Assembly (NCBI GenBank): GCA_030043855.1
Contig: JASHWW010000071.1
Span: forward strand, 1 to 33,683
DNA: 33,683 nucleotides
Reading direction: 5' to 3'
From: Thermoplasmata archaeon
GTDB taxonomy: Archaea > Thermoplasmatota > Thermoplasmata > Lutacidiplasmatales > UBA184
A model generated the notes under the pieces. The model searched no databases. It worked only from the letters and a program-made list of their open reading frames with translations, and was not told where the DNA came from. Every line of letters starts with the position of its first letter. Positions within the stretch are counted from its first letter, which is position 1. Positions 17,356-24,686 of this stretch are shown here, piece by piece. Made by a program: the position numbers and the translations under genes.

Positions 17356-18647
17356 ACGCACCGGAGGTCCCGCCGAACCTCGTGTGGCGGCGTCGGACGT
17401 TGCTCCTCGTCGTCGTCGCGCTCGGGTTGTTCGTCGCGGGGGTCGTGCGTCGCACGCCCGTTCCGGTCTTTCTCGCCATCCCGTTGTTGGTGGCGCCCCT
17501 GGCCGCGGCGATCGCCGGCCCCCGTCGAACGATCCGGTCCGCGATCCGGTGGGAGGCGACCGGCTCGGGCCCGGACGTCCAGGTCGACCTCACCCTGACG
17601 TCGGATCCCCCGGCGCTGGCTCCGGACCTGGAGATCGTCGTCGCGCAGCCGCCCGGCCTCAAGCTCTCCGGCCCGTTCGAGACCCGGCGCGAGGCCGACG
17701 CGATCCGGGGCAACCTCCGCCTGACCGCCCCGGAGCCGACGATCGCGACGCTCGTTCCCCCGTCGGTGACCTGGCGGGACCCGCTCGGGGTCGTGGAACG
17801 TCCGGTCCGGGTCGACGGACGCCCGCTCCTTGTGGAGCGGTATCCGCCCGAGCTGCTCGAGATGGGAGCGGTCCGGCTCGAGCATACGCTCGCGGTCCCG
17901 GGCGAGACCCCGTCCCGGTTCATCGGGTCGAGCGGGGAGTTCTACGGCCTCCGGGAGGCCGCACCGGGGGATCCGTTGCGGCGCGTCAACTGGCGCGCCA
18001 GCGCGCGCGCCGGTCGCCTGCTCACCAACGAGTACCTCCTCGACCGGACCGGCGACGTCATCCTGCTCCTCGACGCCCGCCCGACCGGGCTCGGCGCGGC
18101 GTTGGACGGCCGCCTGCTCGGGCTGAGCCGAGCGGCGGCCCTCGGGATCACCGAGGCGTTCCTGCGGGAGAAGTCGCGGGTCGGCTTCGCGGCGTTCGGG
18201 GAGTTCCTCGAGGCCATCCCGCTGGGCGGGGGCCGGACCCATCGGGTCCGTCTCCGGGCCGCGATCCAGTCCACGGTCCGCTCGGCGACCGGCGGCCCCG
18301 CGGAACGGTGCGCCATCTCCATGCGGCGCTTCTTCCCGCTCGGCGTCACGACCATCGCGTTCACCTCGCTCGCCGAGGAGGAGTCGTTCGACCTCGTCCA
18401 TCACCTGCGACGGCGCGGGTACCCGGTCGCCGTGGTCAGCCCGTCCGCGCTTCCCGTGCTCTCCGGGGCACGGACGATGGCGTCCTCGGACGAACAGCTC
18501 CAGCGGCGGATCGCCCGTCTCGCCCGCCGGGCGCAGGTCGCCCGCGCGTGGCGGGACGGGCCGGTGCTGGACTGGGACGAGTACTGGTCGCTCGGCGGTC
18601 TCGGCGACGTTCTCCGGTGGACCGGCCAGCGGAGGCCGAATCGATGA
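17352..18647 (+). CDS. DUF58 domain protein (MoxR-associated, vWA-like)
   Basis: DPLG, GEFYGLREAAPGDPLRRVNWRASARAG.L.TNEY, and VILLLDAR. GTG 17352 overlaps the preceding stop. Confidence 0.88.
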   Translation: MNAPEVPPNLVWRRRTLLLVVVALGLFVAGVVRRTPVPVFLAIPLLVAPLAAAIAGPRRTIRSAIRWEATGSGPDVQVDLTLTSDPPALAPDLEIVVAQPPGLKLSGPFETRREADAIRGNLRLTAPEPTIATLVPPSVTWRDPLGVVERPVRVDGRPLLVERYPPELLEMGAVRLEHTLAVPGETPSRFIGSSGEFYGLREAAPGDPLRRVNWRASARAGRLLTNEYLLDRTGDVILLLDARPTGLGAALDGRLLGLSRAAALGITEAFLREKSRVGFAAFGEFLEAIPLGGGRTHRVRLRAAIQSTVRSATGGPAERCAISMRRFFPLGVTTIAFTSLAEEESFDLVHHLRRRGYPVAVVSPSALPVLSGARTMASSDEQLQRRIARLARRAQVARAWRDGPVLDWDEYWSLGGLGDVLRWTGQRRPNR

Positions 18648-19162
18648 AGTCCCCGTTCGTCCGGGCCCCAGTCGCCCGCGGGGCTGCATCGACCGTGGTG
18701 CTCGGCGCGTCGGTCGTCGCGCTCGCACTGGTCGGTGGCCTCGGGTTCGTCGGGGCCGCGGTCGGCGCGGGCTCGGTCGTGGCCGCGGCGATCGTGCGGC
18801 GGCTGCACGCCGCCGGAGCCCGGGAATATGCCGTCGGCGTCGCGCTCGTGGGCGCCGGGGGGATCGCCGTGCTGGGCACGATCGGGCCGCTCTCGGAGTT
18901 GCTCGCCGGCGCCGTCGGGGTCGCGTCCGTCGCGTGGCTGGCCGACGACCCGACCCGGCGGCCCGGGGCTCTCGGTCGCGCGGCCTCCTCGCTGTTGCTC
19001 GTCGCCGGGGCCGTCGTATTGGCCTGGGTGAGCGCGACCGCCCTGCCGAGCGGCGCGGCGCCGATCGGAGTCGCGGCGGTCCTGTTGATCGTGGTGCTCG
19101 CGGTCGCGGCCGTCCTGCTCGGTCGGCCGGCCTGGGTCGACCCCGCAGCGGCAACGTCTTGA
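18644..19162 (+). CDS. Small multi-pass membrane protein of the MoxR/DUF58 cluster
   Basis: ATGA overlap with the DUF58 stop; 172 aa, almost entirely hydrophobic. Confidence 0.75.
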   Translation: MKSPFVRAPVARGAASTVVLGASVVALALVGGLGFVGAAVGAGSVVAAAIVRRLHAAGAREYAVGVALVGAGGIAVLGTIGPLSELLAGAVGVASVAWLADDPTRRPGALGRAASSLLLVAGAVVLAWVSATALPSGAAPIGVAAVLLIVVLAVAAVLLGRPAWVDPAAATS

Positions 19163-19206
19163 ACCGGCGGCGACCATCCCGGTCCGACGTGGCCGACGGT
19201 CGCGTC

Positions 19207-19365
19207 CGGACGCCGACGAAGGGTCCCTCTCGACTCAACGCGGACGGGTCGTCCGCCGAGGATGACGTGAGGACAACCCCGGGGTCCGACATCCCCGGCC
19301 GGGGTCAGACCGCCGAGAGGGCGGACGCCTGCCGTGACGCGGATCGTTACGGCCGGGGCACAGCG
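19207..19365 (+). ncRNA. Two-hairpin archaeal box H/ACA pseudouridylation guide RNA
   Basis: HP1: P1 19207-19215/19280-19288, K-turn (GA 19232-33; bulge GAU 19261-63; GA 19264-65), ACA 19289-91. HP2: P1 CCCCGGCC 19293-300/GGCCGGGG 19351-58, K-turn (GA 19315-16; bulge CGU 19333-35; GA 19336-37), ACA 19360-62. Both ACA boxes are 14 nt from the upper stem. The HP2 pocket GGGUCA/GUUAC is complementary to conserved 23S helix 69. Confidence 0.85.
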
Positions 19366-19419
19366 ACCGCCGCGCCCTCCATATAGTAGCCGCCGCTCGG
19401 TCGGCGGCGGGGTCGGGCG

Positions 19420-20370
19420 GTGGATCCACAGACGGCTCGCACCTTCGCGGAGAAGGTCCGGGCGACCGTCCAGACCGCCGTGGTCGGGCGCGACGTCGCC
19501 GTCGACCAGGTCTTGACCGGGCTGCTCGCCGACGGCCACCTCCTGTTGGAGGATCTTCCCGGACTCGGCAAGACGCTGATGGCGAAATCGTTCGCCACCG
19601 CCCTCGGCCTGGGGTTCCAGCGCGTCCAGTTCACGGCCGACCTGCTCCCCCACGACATCACCGGCGGCGAGATCCTCGACCCGCGCAAGGGCGAGCTCAC
19701 GTTCCGCCCGGGGCCGCTGTTCACGAACCTCCTGCTCGCCGACGAGATCAACCGCGCCCCCCCGAAGGTGCAGTCCGCCCTGCTCGAGGCGATGCAGGAG
19801 TACCAGGTCACCAGCGAGCGGTCGACGTACCCGATCCCCCGCCCGTTCCTCGTCATTGCGACGGAGAACCCGATCGAGCTGGAAGGGACGTACCCGTTGC
19901 CGGAGGCGCAGGTCGACCGGTTCCTGCTCCGGCTCCGGGTCGGTTATCCGACGGTCGAGGAGGAGCGGACGATCCTGGAGCGCCGACGGGCGCGCAAGGA
20001 GGATGCGGTCTCCGTCGCGTCGGTGCTCGACGCACCGACGTTCCTCGAGCTGCAGCGGGCCGTGGAGGAGGTCGAGGTCGAGCCGTCGGTCGCCGGCTAC
20101 ATCGTGGACCTCGTCCGCGCGACCCGCGACGACGGGCGGGCCGAGGTCGGCGCCTCCCCGCGCGGGGCGCTCGCGCTCCAGAAGATCGCCCGGGCCCGCG
20201 CCCTCTTGCAGGGACGCGACTTCGTGCTCCCGGACGACGTGAAGGCGTTCGCCGAGCCGGCGCTCGCCCACCGCGTCCTGGTCAAGCCCGAGCCGTGGAT
20301 CCGCGGCGTCCGCGGCGACGCGATCGTCGCCGCCGCCCTCGAGCGCACGTCGGTCCCGAAGCTGGCCTGA
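19420..20370 (+). CDS. moxR: MoxR-family AAA+ ATPase
   Basis: GHLLLEDLPGLGKT, RVQFTADLLPHDITG, LLADEINRAPPKVQSALLEAMQE, NPIELEGTYPLPEAQVDRF, GASPRG. ATATAG box at 19381-19386. Confidence 0.95.
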   Translation: MDPQTARTFAEKVRATVQTAVVGRDVAVDQVLTGLLADGHLLLEDLPGLGKTLMAKSFATALGLGFQRVQFTADLLPHDITGGEILDPRKGELTFRPGPLFTNLLLADEINRAPPKVQSALLEAMQEYQVTSERSTYPIPRPFLVIATENPIELEGTYPLPEAQVDRFLLRLRVGYPTVEEERTILERRRARKEDAVSVASVLDAPTFLELQRAVEEVEVEPSVAGYIVDLVRATRDDGRAEVGASPRGALALQKIARARALLQGRDFVLPDDVKAFAEPALAHRVLVKPEPWIRGVRGDAIVAAALERTSVPKLA

Positions 20371-20412
20371 CGGGCGAGGGCTTTTGAACGGAGCCCCGCT
20401 CCGTCGCGCCGG

Positions 20413-21363
20413 ATGGCCGACCTGCCGCTCGTCGTCGTCGCCGACCCGATCGATCGGGCGGCGGTGGAGGCGCTCCGGGCCGGTCCGTGCCGCGTCGTCG
20501 ATGCGAGCGGCGACCCGAAGTCCTTGGCCGCTCCGCTCGCCGACGCCTGGGGCCTGATCGTCCGGTCCCGTACGAAGGTGACCGCCGAACTGCTCACCGG
20601 CGCTCCGCATCTCACGCTGGTCGCCCGGGCGGGCGTGGGCGTCGACAACGTCGACCTGGCGGCGACCGGGGCGCGCGGGATCCGGGTCGTGAACGCGCCG
20701 ACGGCCGCCACCGTGAGCGTCGCGGAGTTGACGGTCTCGCTCTACCTCCTGCTCGTCCGCGAGCTGCTCCCCGCCATCGGGGCGACCCGGGCGGGCAAGT
20801 GGGAGCGCGGGACCCGGGGCCACGAGCTCTCGGGTCGGACGGTCGGGTACGTCGGGTACGGCCGCATCGCCCGCGAGGTCGCGCGCCGCGCGTCCGCCTT
20901 CAGGGCCCGCGCGATCGCCTTCGACCCGTTCGTGGCGTCCGCGCCCGACGGGACCGAGATGGTCGCGCTCCCGGAACTGCTCGCGCGGTCGGACATTGTC
21001 AGTCTCCACGCCGCCCTCACCCCCGACAACCGGCACCTCCTCGACGCCGCCGCGTTCGCGCGGATGCGCCCGGGGTCCTACCTCGTCAATGTCGCACGCG
21101 GCCCCCTCGTGGACGAGGCCGCCCTCCTCGGGGCCCTGGACGGAGGGCGACTCGCCGGCGCCGCGCTCGACGTGTATGAGGTGGAACCTCCGATGAACCG
21201 AGCGCTCCTCGAGCACCCGCGCGTGATCCCGACCCCGCACCTCGGCGCATCGACCGAGGAGGCCCAGCGCCGCGCCGGGGCCGACGTCGTCGACGAGGTC
21301 CTCCGCGCCCTGCGCGGGGAGCCGCTGACGGCGCTCGTGCCGGCCCCCGGGGGACGCCCGTGA
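20413..21363 (+). CDS. serA: D-3-phosphoglycerate dehydrogenase-like 2-hydroxyacid dehydrogenase (short form, no ACT domain)
   Basis: IVRSRTKVT, RAGVGVDNVD, GYGRIA, NVARG, AALDVYEVEPP, TPHLGASTEEAQ. TTTTGAA box at 20382-20388. Confidence 0.85.
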   Translation: MADLPLVVVADPIDRAAVEALRAGPCRVVDASGDPKSLAAPLADAWGLIVRSRTKVTAELLTGAPHLTLVARAGVGVDNVDLAATGARGIRVVNAPTAATVSVAELTVSLYLLLVRELLPAIGATRAGKWERGTRGHELSGRTVGYVGYGRIAREVARRASAFRARAIAFDPFVASAPDGTEMVALPELLARSDIVSLHAALTPDNRHLLDAAAFARMRPGSYLVNVARGPLVDEAALLGALDGGRLAGAALDVYEVEPPMNRALLEHPRVIPTPHLGASTEEAQRRAGADVVDEVLRALRGEPLTALVPAPGGRP

Positions 21364-22496
21364 CGTTCGACCCCGAGACCACGACGTTCCTCATCGCGGG
21401 CCCGGTCAAGATCCACCCCCGGGTCCTCCGCGCGATGTCGATGCCGTCGCTGAACCACCGCGGCGACTACTTCCACGAGGTCGTGAAGGAGATCCGGGAG
21501 CTGCTGCCGGTCCTCTTCGGGGCGCCCGGCCACCAGGTGATCCTGAGCGGCAGCGGAACCGCGGGATTGGAGGCGATGTATTCGAGCCTCGTCCCGTCCG
21601 ACGGCCGCGCGCTCGTCCTCACGAACGGGAACTTCGGCGACCGGTCGGCGGAGATCGTCCGGCGGTACGCGGGGGACGTCACGACGCTCTCGGCGGCGTG
21701 GGGACGGACCCTCCCGATCGAGGACGCGAAGGCGGAGCTCGAGAAGGGCGACGTGCGCGCCGTCTGCGTCGTCCACAACGAGACCAGCGTCGGGCTCGCC
21801 AACGACCTCGCGCCGCTCGTCCCGGCGATCCAGGCGTCCGGCGCCCTCTTCCTCGTCGACGGGATCAGCGCGGTCGCCGGGATCCCCGAGCCGATCGAGT
21901 CGTGGGGGATCGACGCCGTCGTCGCGGGCAGCCAGAAAGGGCTCGCCGCGCCCGCCGGGCTCGCGCTCGTCCACCTCTCCGACCGGGCGGTCGCCGCCCT
22001 CCATCCCGGGACGTTCTACCTCGATCTCGGGGCGCACCTGAAGTCCCTCGAGAAGAACGACACGCCGTGGACGCCGGCCGTGCCGCTGTTCCTCGCGCTC
22101 CGCGAGGCCCTGAAGATCCTCCAGGAGGAGACGCTCGCCGGGCGGCTCGAGCGGACGCACCGTCTCGCGGAGGCGAGCCGGGCCGCGATCGCCGCGCTCG
22201 GGCTCGAGCTCTTCCCCGATCCGACCTCCCCGTCCGACACCGTCACGGCGGTAAAGAACCCCGAGGGGATGGGGGACCCCGAGCTGCGCAAGGTCCTCCA
22301 GCAGCAGTACAACGTCCTCGTCCAGGGCGGTCAGGGGGCGCTCACCGGGAAGATTTTCCGGATCGGCCACATGGGGATCGCCGACTGGCCGGACCTCCTG
22401 GTGACGTTCGCGGCCCTCGAGCGGATCCTCGCGAAGGCCGGTCGGGTCCCCGAACCGGGCGCCGCGCTCCGCGCGATCGTCGACCGGATGCCGTGA
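21360..22496 (+). CDS. Class V PLP aminotransferase (AGT/SPT family; probable archaeal phosphoserine aminotransferase)
   Basis: IAGPV, GSGTAGLEA, VHNETSVG, VDGIS, GSQKGL (PLP lysine), FRIGHMG. GTGA-coupled to serA. Confidence 0.88.
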   Translation: MTFDPETTTFLIAGPVKIHPRVLRAMSMPSLNHRGDYFHEVVKEIRELLPVLFGAPGHQVILSGSGTAGLEAMYSSLVPSDGRALVLTNGNFGDRSAEIVRRYAGDVTTLSAAWGRTLPIEDAKAELEKGDVRAVCVVHNETSVGLANDLAPLVPAIQASGALFLVDGISAVAGIPEPIESWGIDAVVAGSQKGLAAPAGLALVHLSDRAVAALHPGTFYLDLGAHLKSLEKNDTPWTPAVPLFLALREALKILQEETLAGRLERTHRLAEASRAAIAALGLELFPDPTSPSDTVTAVKNPEGMGDPELRKVLQQQYNVLVQGGQGALTGKIFRIGHMGIADWPDLLVTFAALERILAKAGRVPEPGAALRAIVDRMP

Positions 22497-22503
22497 GGCC
22501 CGG

Positions 22504-22950
22504 CTAGATATCGACGATCACCCGGGCTCGCCCGCGGGCGGCGTCGAACACGGCGTCGTGGAGGGTCGCGGCCTTCACCTCGACCCCGGAGGTATGCCGC
22601 GCCGCATCGAACGGCTCCCCGGCGACCTCGGCGAGCACCGCCGTCGGCGGGTGGCCGATCGTCCGGGCGACGATCGTCCGCCCGAGGAAGCCGTCCTCGG
22701 CGCTCGCCAGGATCAGCTGGTTGAGGAAGGCGACCGCGAGCGACGCGGGGTCCGATGCGCTCGCGCTCACGGTCCGGACCTCCCGGGGCCGGACCTTCGT
22801 CCGGTCGGTGACGAGCCCGTAGAGCCCGAGCCCGAGCGCCTCGAGCATCGCCCCGGGCGTCGGCCCCGTCGCCCAGATGCCGACGTCGGCCGTCGTCGGG
22901 AACCGACCCCACCGGCGGGCGGGCGGCTTCCCGCCGCGACGGGCCGTCGT
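22504..22950 (-). CDS. Archease (RtcB tRNA-ligase activator); start uncertain, possibly ACG at 22950
   Basis: The frame reads ...RWGRFPTTADVGIWATG.T...EVKAAT.H...VIVDI*. The TAD motif lies upstream of the first ATG (22848), and no ATG/GTG/TTG occurs in frame between the upstream stop (about 23035) and 22848. Confidence 0.8.
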   Translation of the reverse strand, partial: TTARRGGKPPARRWGRFPTTADVGIWATGPTPGAMLEALGLGLYGLVTDRTKVRPREVRTVSASASDPASLAVAFLNQLILASAEDGFLGRTIVARTIGHPPTAVLAEVAGEPFDAARHTSGVEVKAATLHDAVFDAARGRARVIVDI

Positions 22951-22974
22951 GGGGTCGCCGAGGGTCCGGAGGGG

Positions 22975-22980
22975 TTTAAG
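22975..22980. promoter_or_regulatory. Bidirectional TATA-like box shared by archease (-) and GT2 (+)
   Basis: TTTAAG/CTTAAA is the only AT-rich island in the gap; it lies 26 nt before GT2 ATG 23007 and 24 nt before ACG 22950. Confidence 0.6.
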
Positions 22981-23006
22981 CGGCCGGCGCGCTCGTCGTC
23001 CGGACG

Positions 23007-23798
23007 ATGAAGGCCTCCCTCGTGATCCCGACGCTCAACGAGGCGTCCTCGATCCGCCACGTCCTGCGCCTCTTCCGGGGCGCGGCGACCGAGGCGAACC
23101 GGACAATCTTCGCGGGCGACCCGCTCGAGTGGGAGATCCTGGTGGTCGATGGGGCGTCGATCGACGGGACGGCCGCGATCGCCGCCGAGGAGGGGGCGCG
23201 CGTCATCATCGAGCGCCGGCGCGGGTACGGCCGGGCGTACAAGACCGGCTTCGCCGAGGCGAAGGGGGACGTCGTCGCGACGGCCGACGGGGACGCGACG
23301 TATCCGGTCGAGACGGTCCCCGGCCTGGTGAAGCGCCTGCTCGACGAGCAGATCGACTTCCTGACGGGGAACCGGATGGCGTACCTCGACCGGAAGGCGA
23401 TGACGACCGAGCACCGGATCGGCAACCGGATGCTCAATCTCCTGCTCGGGATCGCCTACCACGCCTGGCTGAAGGAACTCCCCGGCGGCCGGCTGGAGGA
23501 CAGCCAGAGCGGCTTCTGGGTCTTCCGCCGCTCCGTCCTCGACCGGGTCCACCTCACCCAGGACGGGATGTCGTTCAGCGAGGAGTTCAAGGTCGAGGCG
23601 ATCCTGCGGGGCCTGCGCGTGATCGAGGTCCCGATCCGGTACGGGGAGCGGTGGGGACCGCCGAAGCTCTCCAGCTGGCGGGACGGGCTCCGGAACATGT
23701 TCTACCTGGTCGACAAGCGCCTCGACGTCGCCCGGGAGCACCGGCGGGGCACACTCGCGCCGTTCGTCCGGAAGGACGATCGGGGCCTCTCGCCGTAG
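23007..23798 (+). CDS. Glycosyltransferase family 2 (dolichol-phosphate hexosyltransferase-like)
   Basis: VIPTLNEA, ILVVDGASIDGT, RGYGRAYKTGF, DGDATYP (DxD), DSQSGFWVF, EVPI.Y..R.G..KL..WRDG. Confidence 0.92.
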   Translation: MKASLVIPTLNEASSIRHVLRLFRGAATEANRTIFAGDPLEWEILVVDGASIDGTAAIAAEEGARVIIERRRGYGRAYKTGFAEAKGDVVATADGDATYPVETVPGLVKRLLDEQIDFLTGNRMAYLDRKAMTTEHRIGNRMLNLLLGIAYHAWLKELPGGRLEDSQSGFWVFRRSVLDRVHLTQDGMSFSEEFKVEAILRGLRVIEVPIRYGERWGPPKLSSWRDGLRNMFYLVDKRLDVAREHRRGTLAPFVRKDDRGLSP

Positions 23799-23804
23799 CG
23801 GGCC

Positions 23805-23957
23805 CTACTGGGTCTTGCCGGAGCGTTCCCGCGACTTCACGCGGAGCCCCTTGTAGCCGCACCGCCGGCACTGCACCGCGCGCGGCGGGTTCCGCGCCGA
23901 GCAGTTCATGCAGACCTTCTTGTTCAGAAGGCGCTCGACGGCCTCGGGAAACGGCAT
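23805..23957 (-). CDS. rpl40e: 50S ribosomal protein L40e
   Basis: Below the ORF-track size cutoff. Hand translation: [50 protein letters not shown], a C4 zinc ribbon with the L40e pattern. Confidence 0.96.
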   Translation of the reverse strand: MPFPEAVERLLNKKVCMNCSARNPPRAVQCRRCGYKGLRVKSRERSGKTQ

Positions 23958-23982
23958 GGGGAGGCGGGGACGCGGCCCTCCC

Positions 23983-23989
23983 TATAAAA
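23983..23989. promoter_or_regulatory. TATA box for rpl40e (-), possibly shared with AMMECR1 (+)
   Basis: TATAAAA/TTTTATA, 25 nt before rpl40e ATG 23957 and 28 nt before TTG 24018. Confidence 0.65.
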
Positions 23990-24017
23990 GCTGCGAGGGC
24001 GGCCGCGCGAAGCCGAT

Positions 24018-24686
24018 TTGCCGCCGGCCGGTGTCGGGGGGGCCGTGTTCGCGGACGAGGACGGTCGGCGGGCCGTACGGTGGGCCCGCCGGTCGGTCGA
24101 ACGCGCGCTGGCCGCCCCGCCGCTCGCCGCGGACGGGGCCGACGACGCCGCCGCGTTGCCTCCGGTCTTCGCCGAGCGACGCGGGACGTTCGTCACGTGG
24201 AAGCGGCACCCGTCCGGGGAGCTCCGCGGGTGCATCGGGTTCCCCCGACCCGTCCTCCCGCTCGGACGCGCGATCGCCGAGGCGGCCGTCGCCGCCGCGA
24301 CGGAGGACCCGCGCTTCCGCCCGATCCGCGCGGCGGACCTCGGCTCCCTCACGGTCGACGTCTCGGTCCTGACCCCGCCCGAACCGATCGCGCGGCCCGG
24401 ACCGACCGAGGTCGTGGTCGGGCGGGACGGGCTGATCGTGGAGGGACGCGGGACCAGCGGCCTCCTCCTCCCGCAGGTCGCGGTCGAGGAACGGTGGGAT
24501 TCGCTCACGTTCCTGGCGGCGACGTGCGAGAAGGCCGGCCTTCCGTCGGGGGCATGGCGGGACCCGACGATCCGGGTGCTGCGGTTCGGCGCGGACGTCT
24601 TCCGCGAGCGCACGCCGGGCGGCGACGTCGAACGCGAATCGCTCGCGGTCAGTCCGTCCGCGGGGCGACGACCGCCTCGAAGCTAG
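24018..24686 (+). CDS. AMMECR1-domain protein (TIGR00296-like)
   Basis: RGTFVT, LRGCIG, AA..DPRF, VSVLTPPE, GRDGLIV, GLLLPQVAVE, CEKAGL. Start is TTG 24018 or GTG 24045; the 3' end overlaps ileS by 38 nt. Confidence 0.92.
   Translation: MPPAGVGGAVFADEDGRRAVRWARRSVERALAAPPLAADGADDAAALPPVFAERRGTFVTWKRHPSGELRGCIGFPRPVLPLGRAIAEAAVAAATEDPRFRPIRAADLGSLTVDVSVLTPPEPIARPGPTEVVVGRDGLIVEGRGTSGLLLPQVAVEERWDSLTFLAATCEKAGLPSGAWRDPTIRVLRFGADVFRERTPGGDVERESLAVSPSAGRRPPRS

Noticed and set aside
19331-19353. Local 9-bp hairpin GCCGTGACG-CGGAT-CGTTACGGC as a terminator
   Set aside because: It overlaps and competes with H/ACA hairpin 2 and has no U-tract. I treat it as an alternative fold that protein binding would disfavour, though it remains a caveat for the HP2 model.
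19163-19419. Alternative identities for the structured gap (SRP RNA, RNase P RNA, 5S rRNA, TPP riboswitch, hammerhead ribozyme, C/D box sRNA, small ORF)
   Set aside because: None of their diagnostic motifs is present (SRP helix 8, GAGGAAAGUCC, CUGAGA/ACCUGAU, CUGANGA-GAAA, paired C and D boxes). The H/ACA model explains the stems, K-turns, ACA spacing and rRNA complementarity together.
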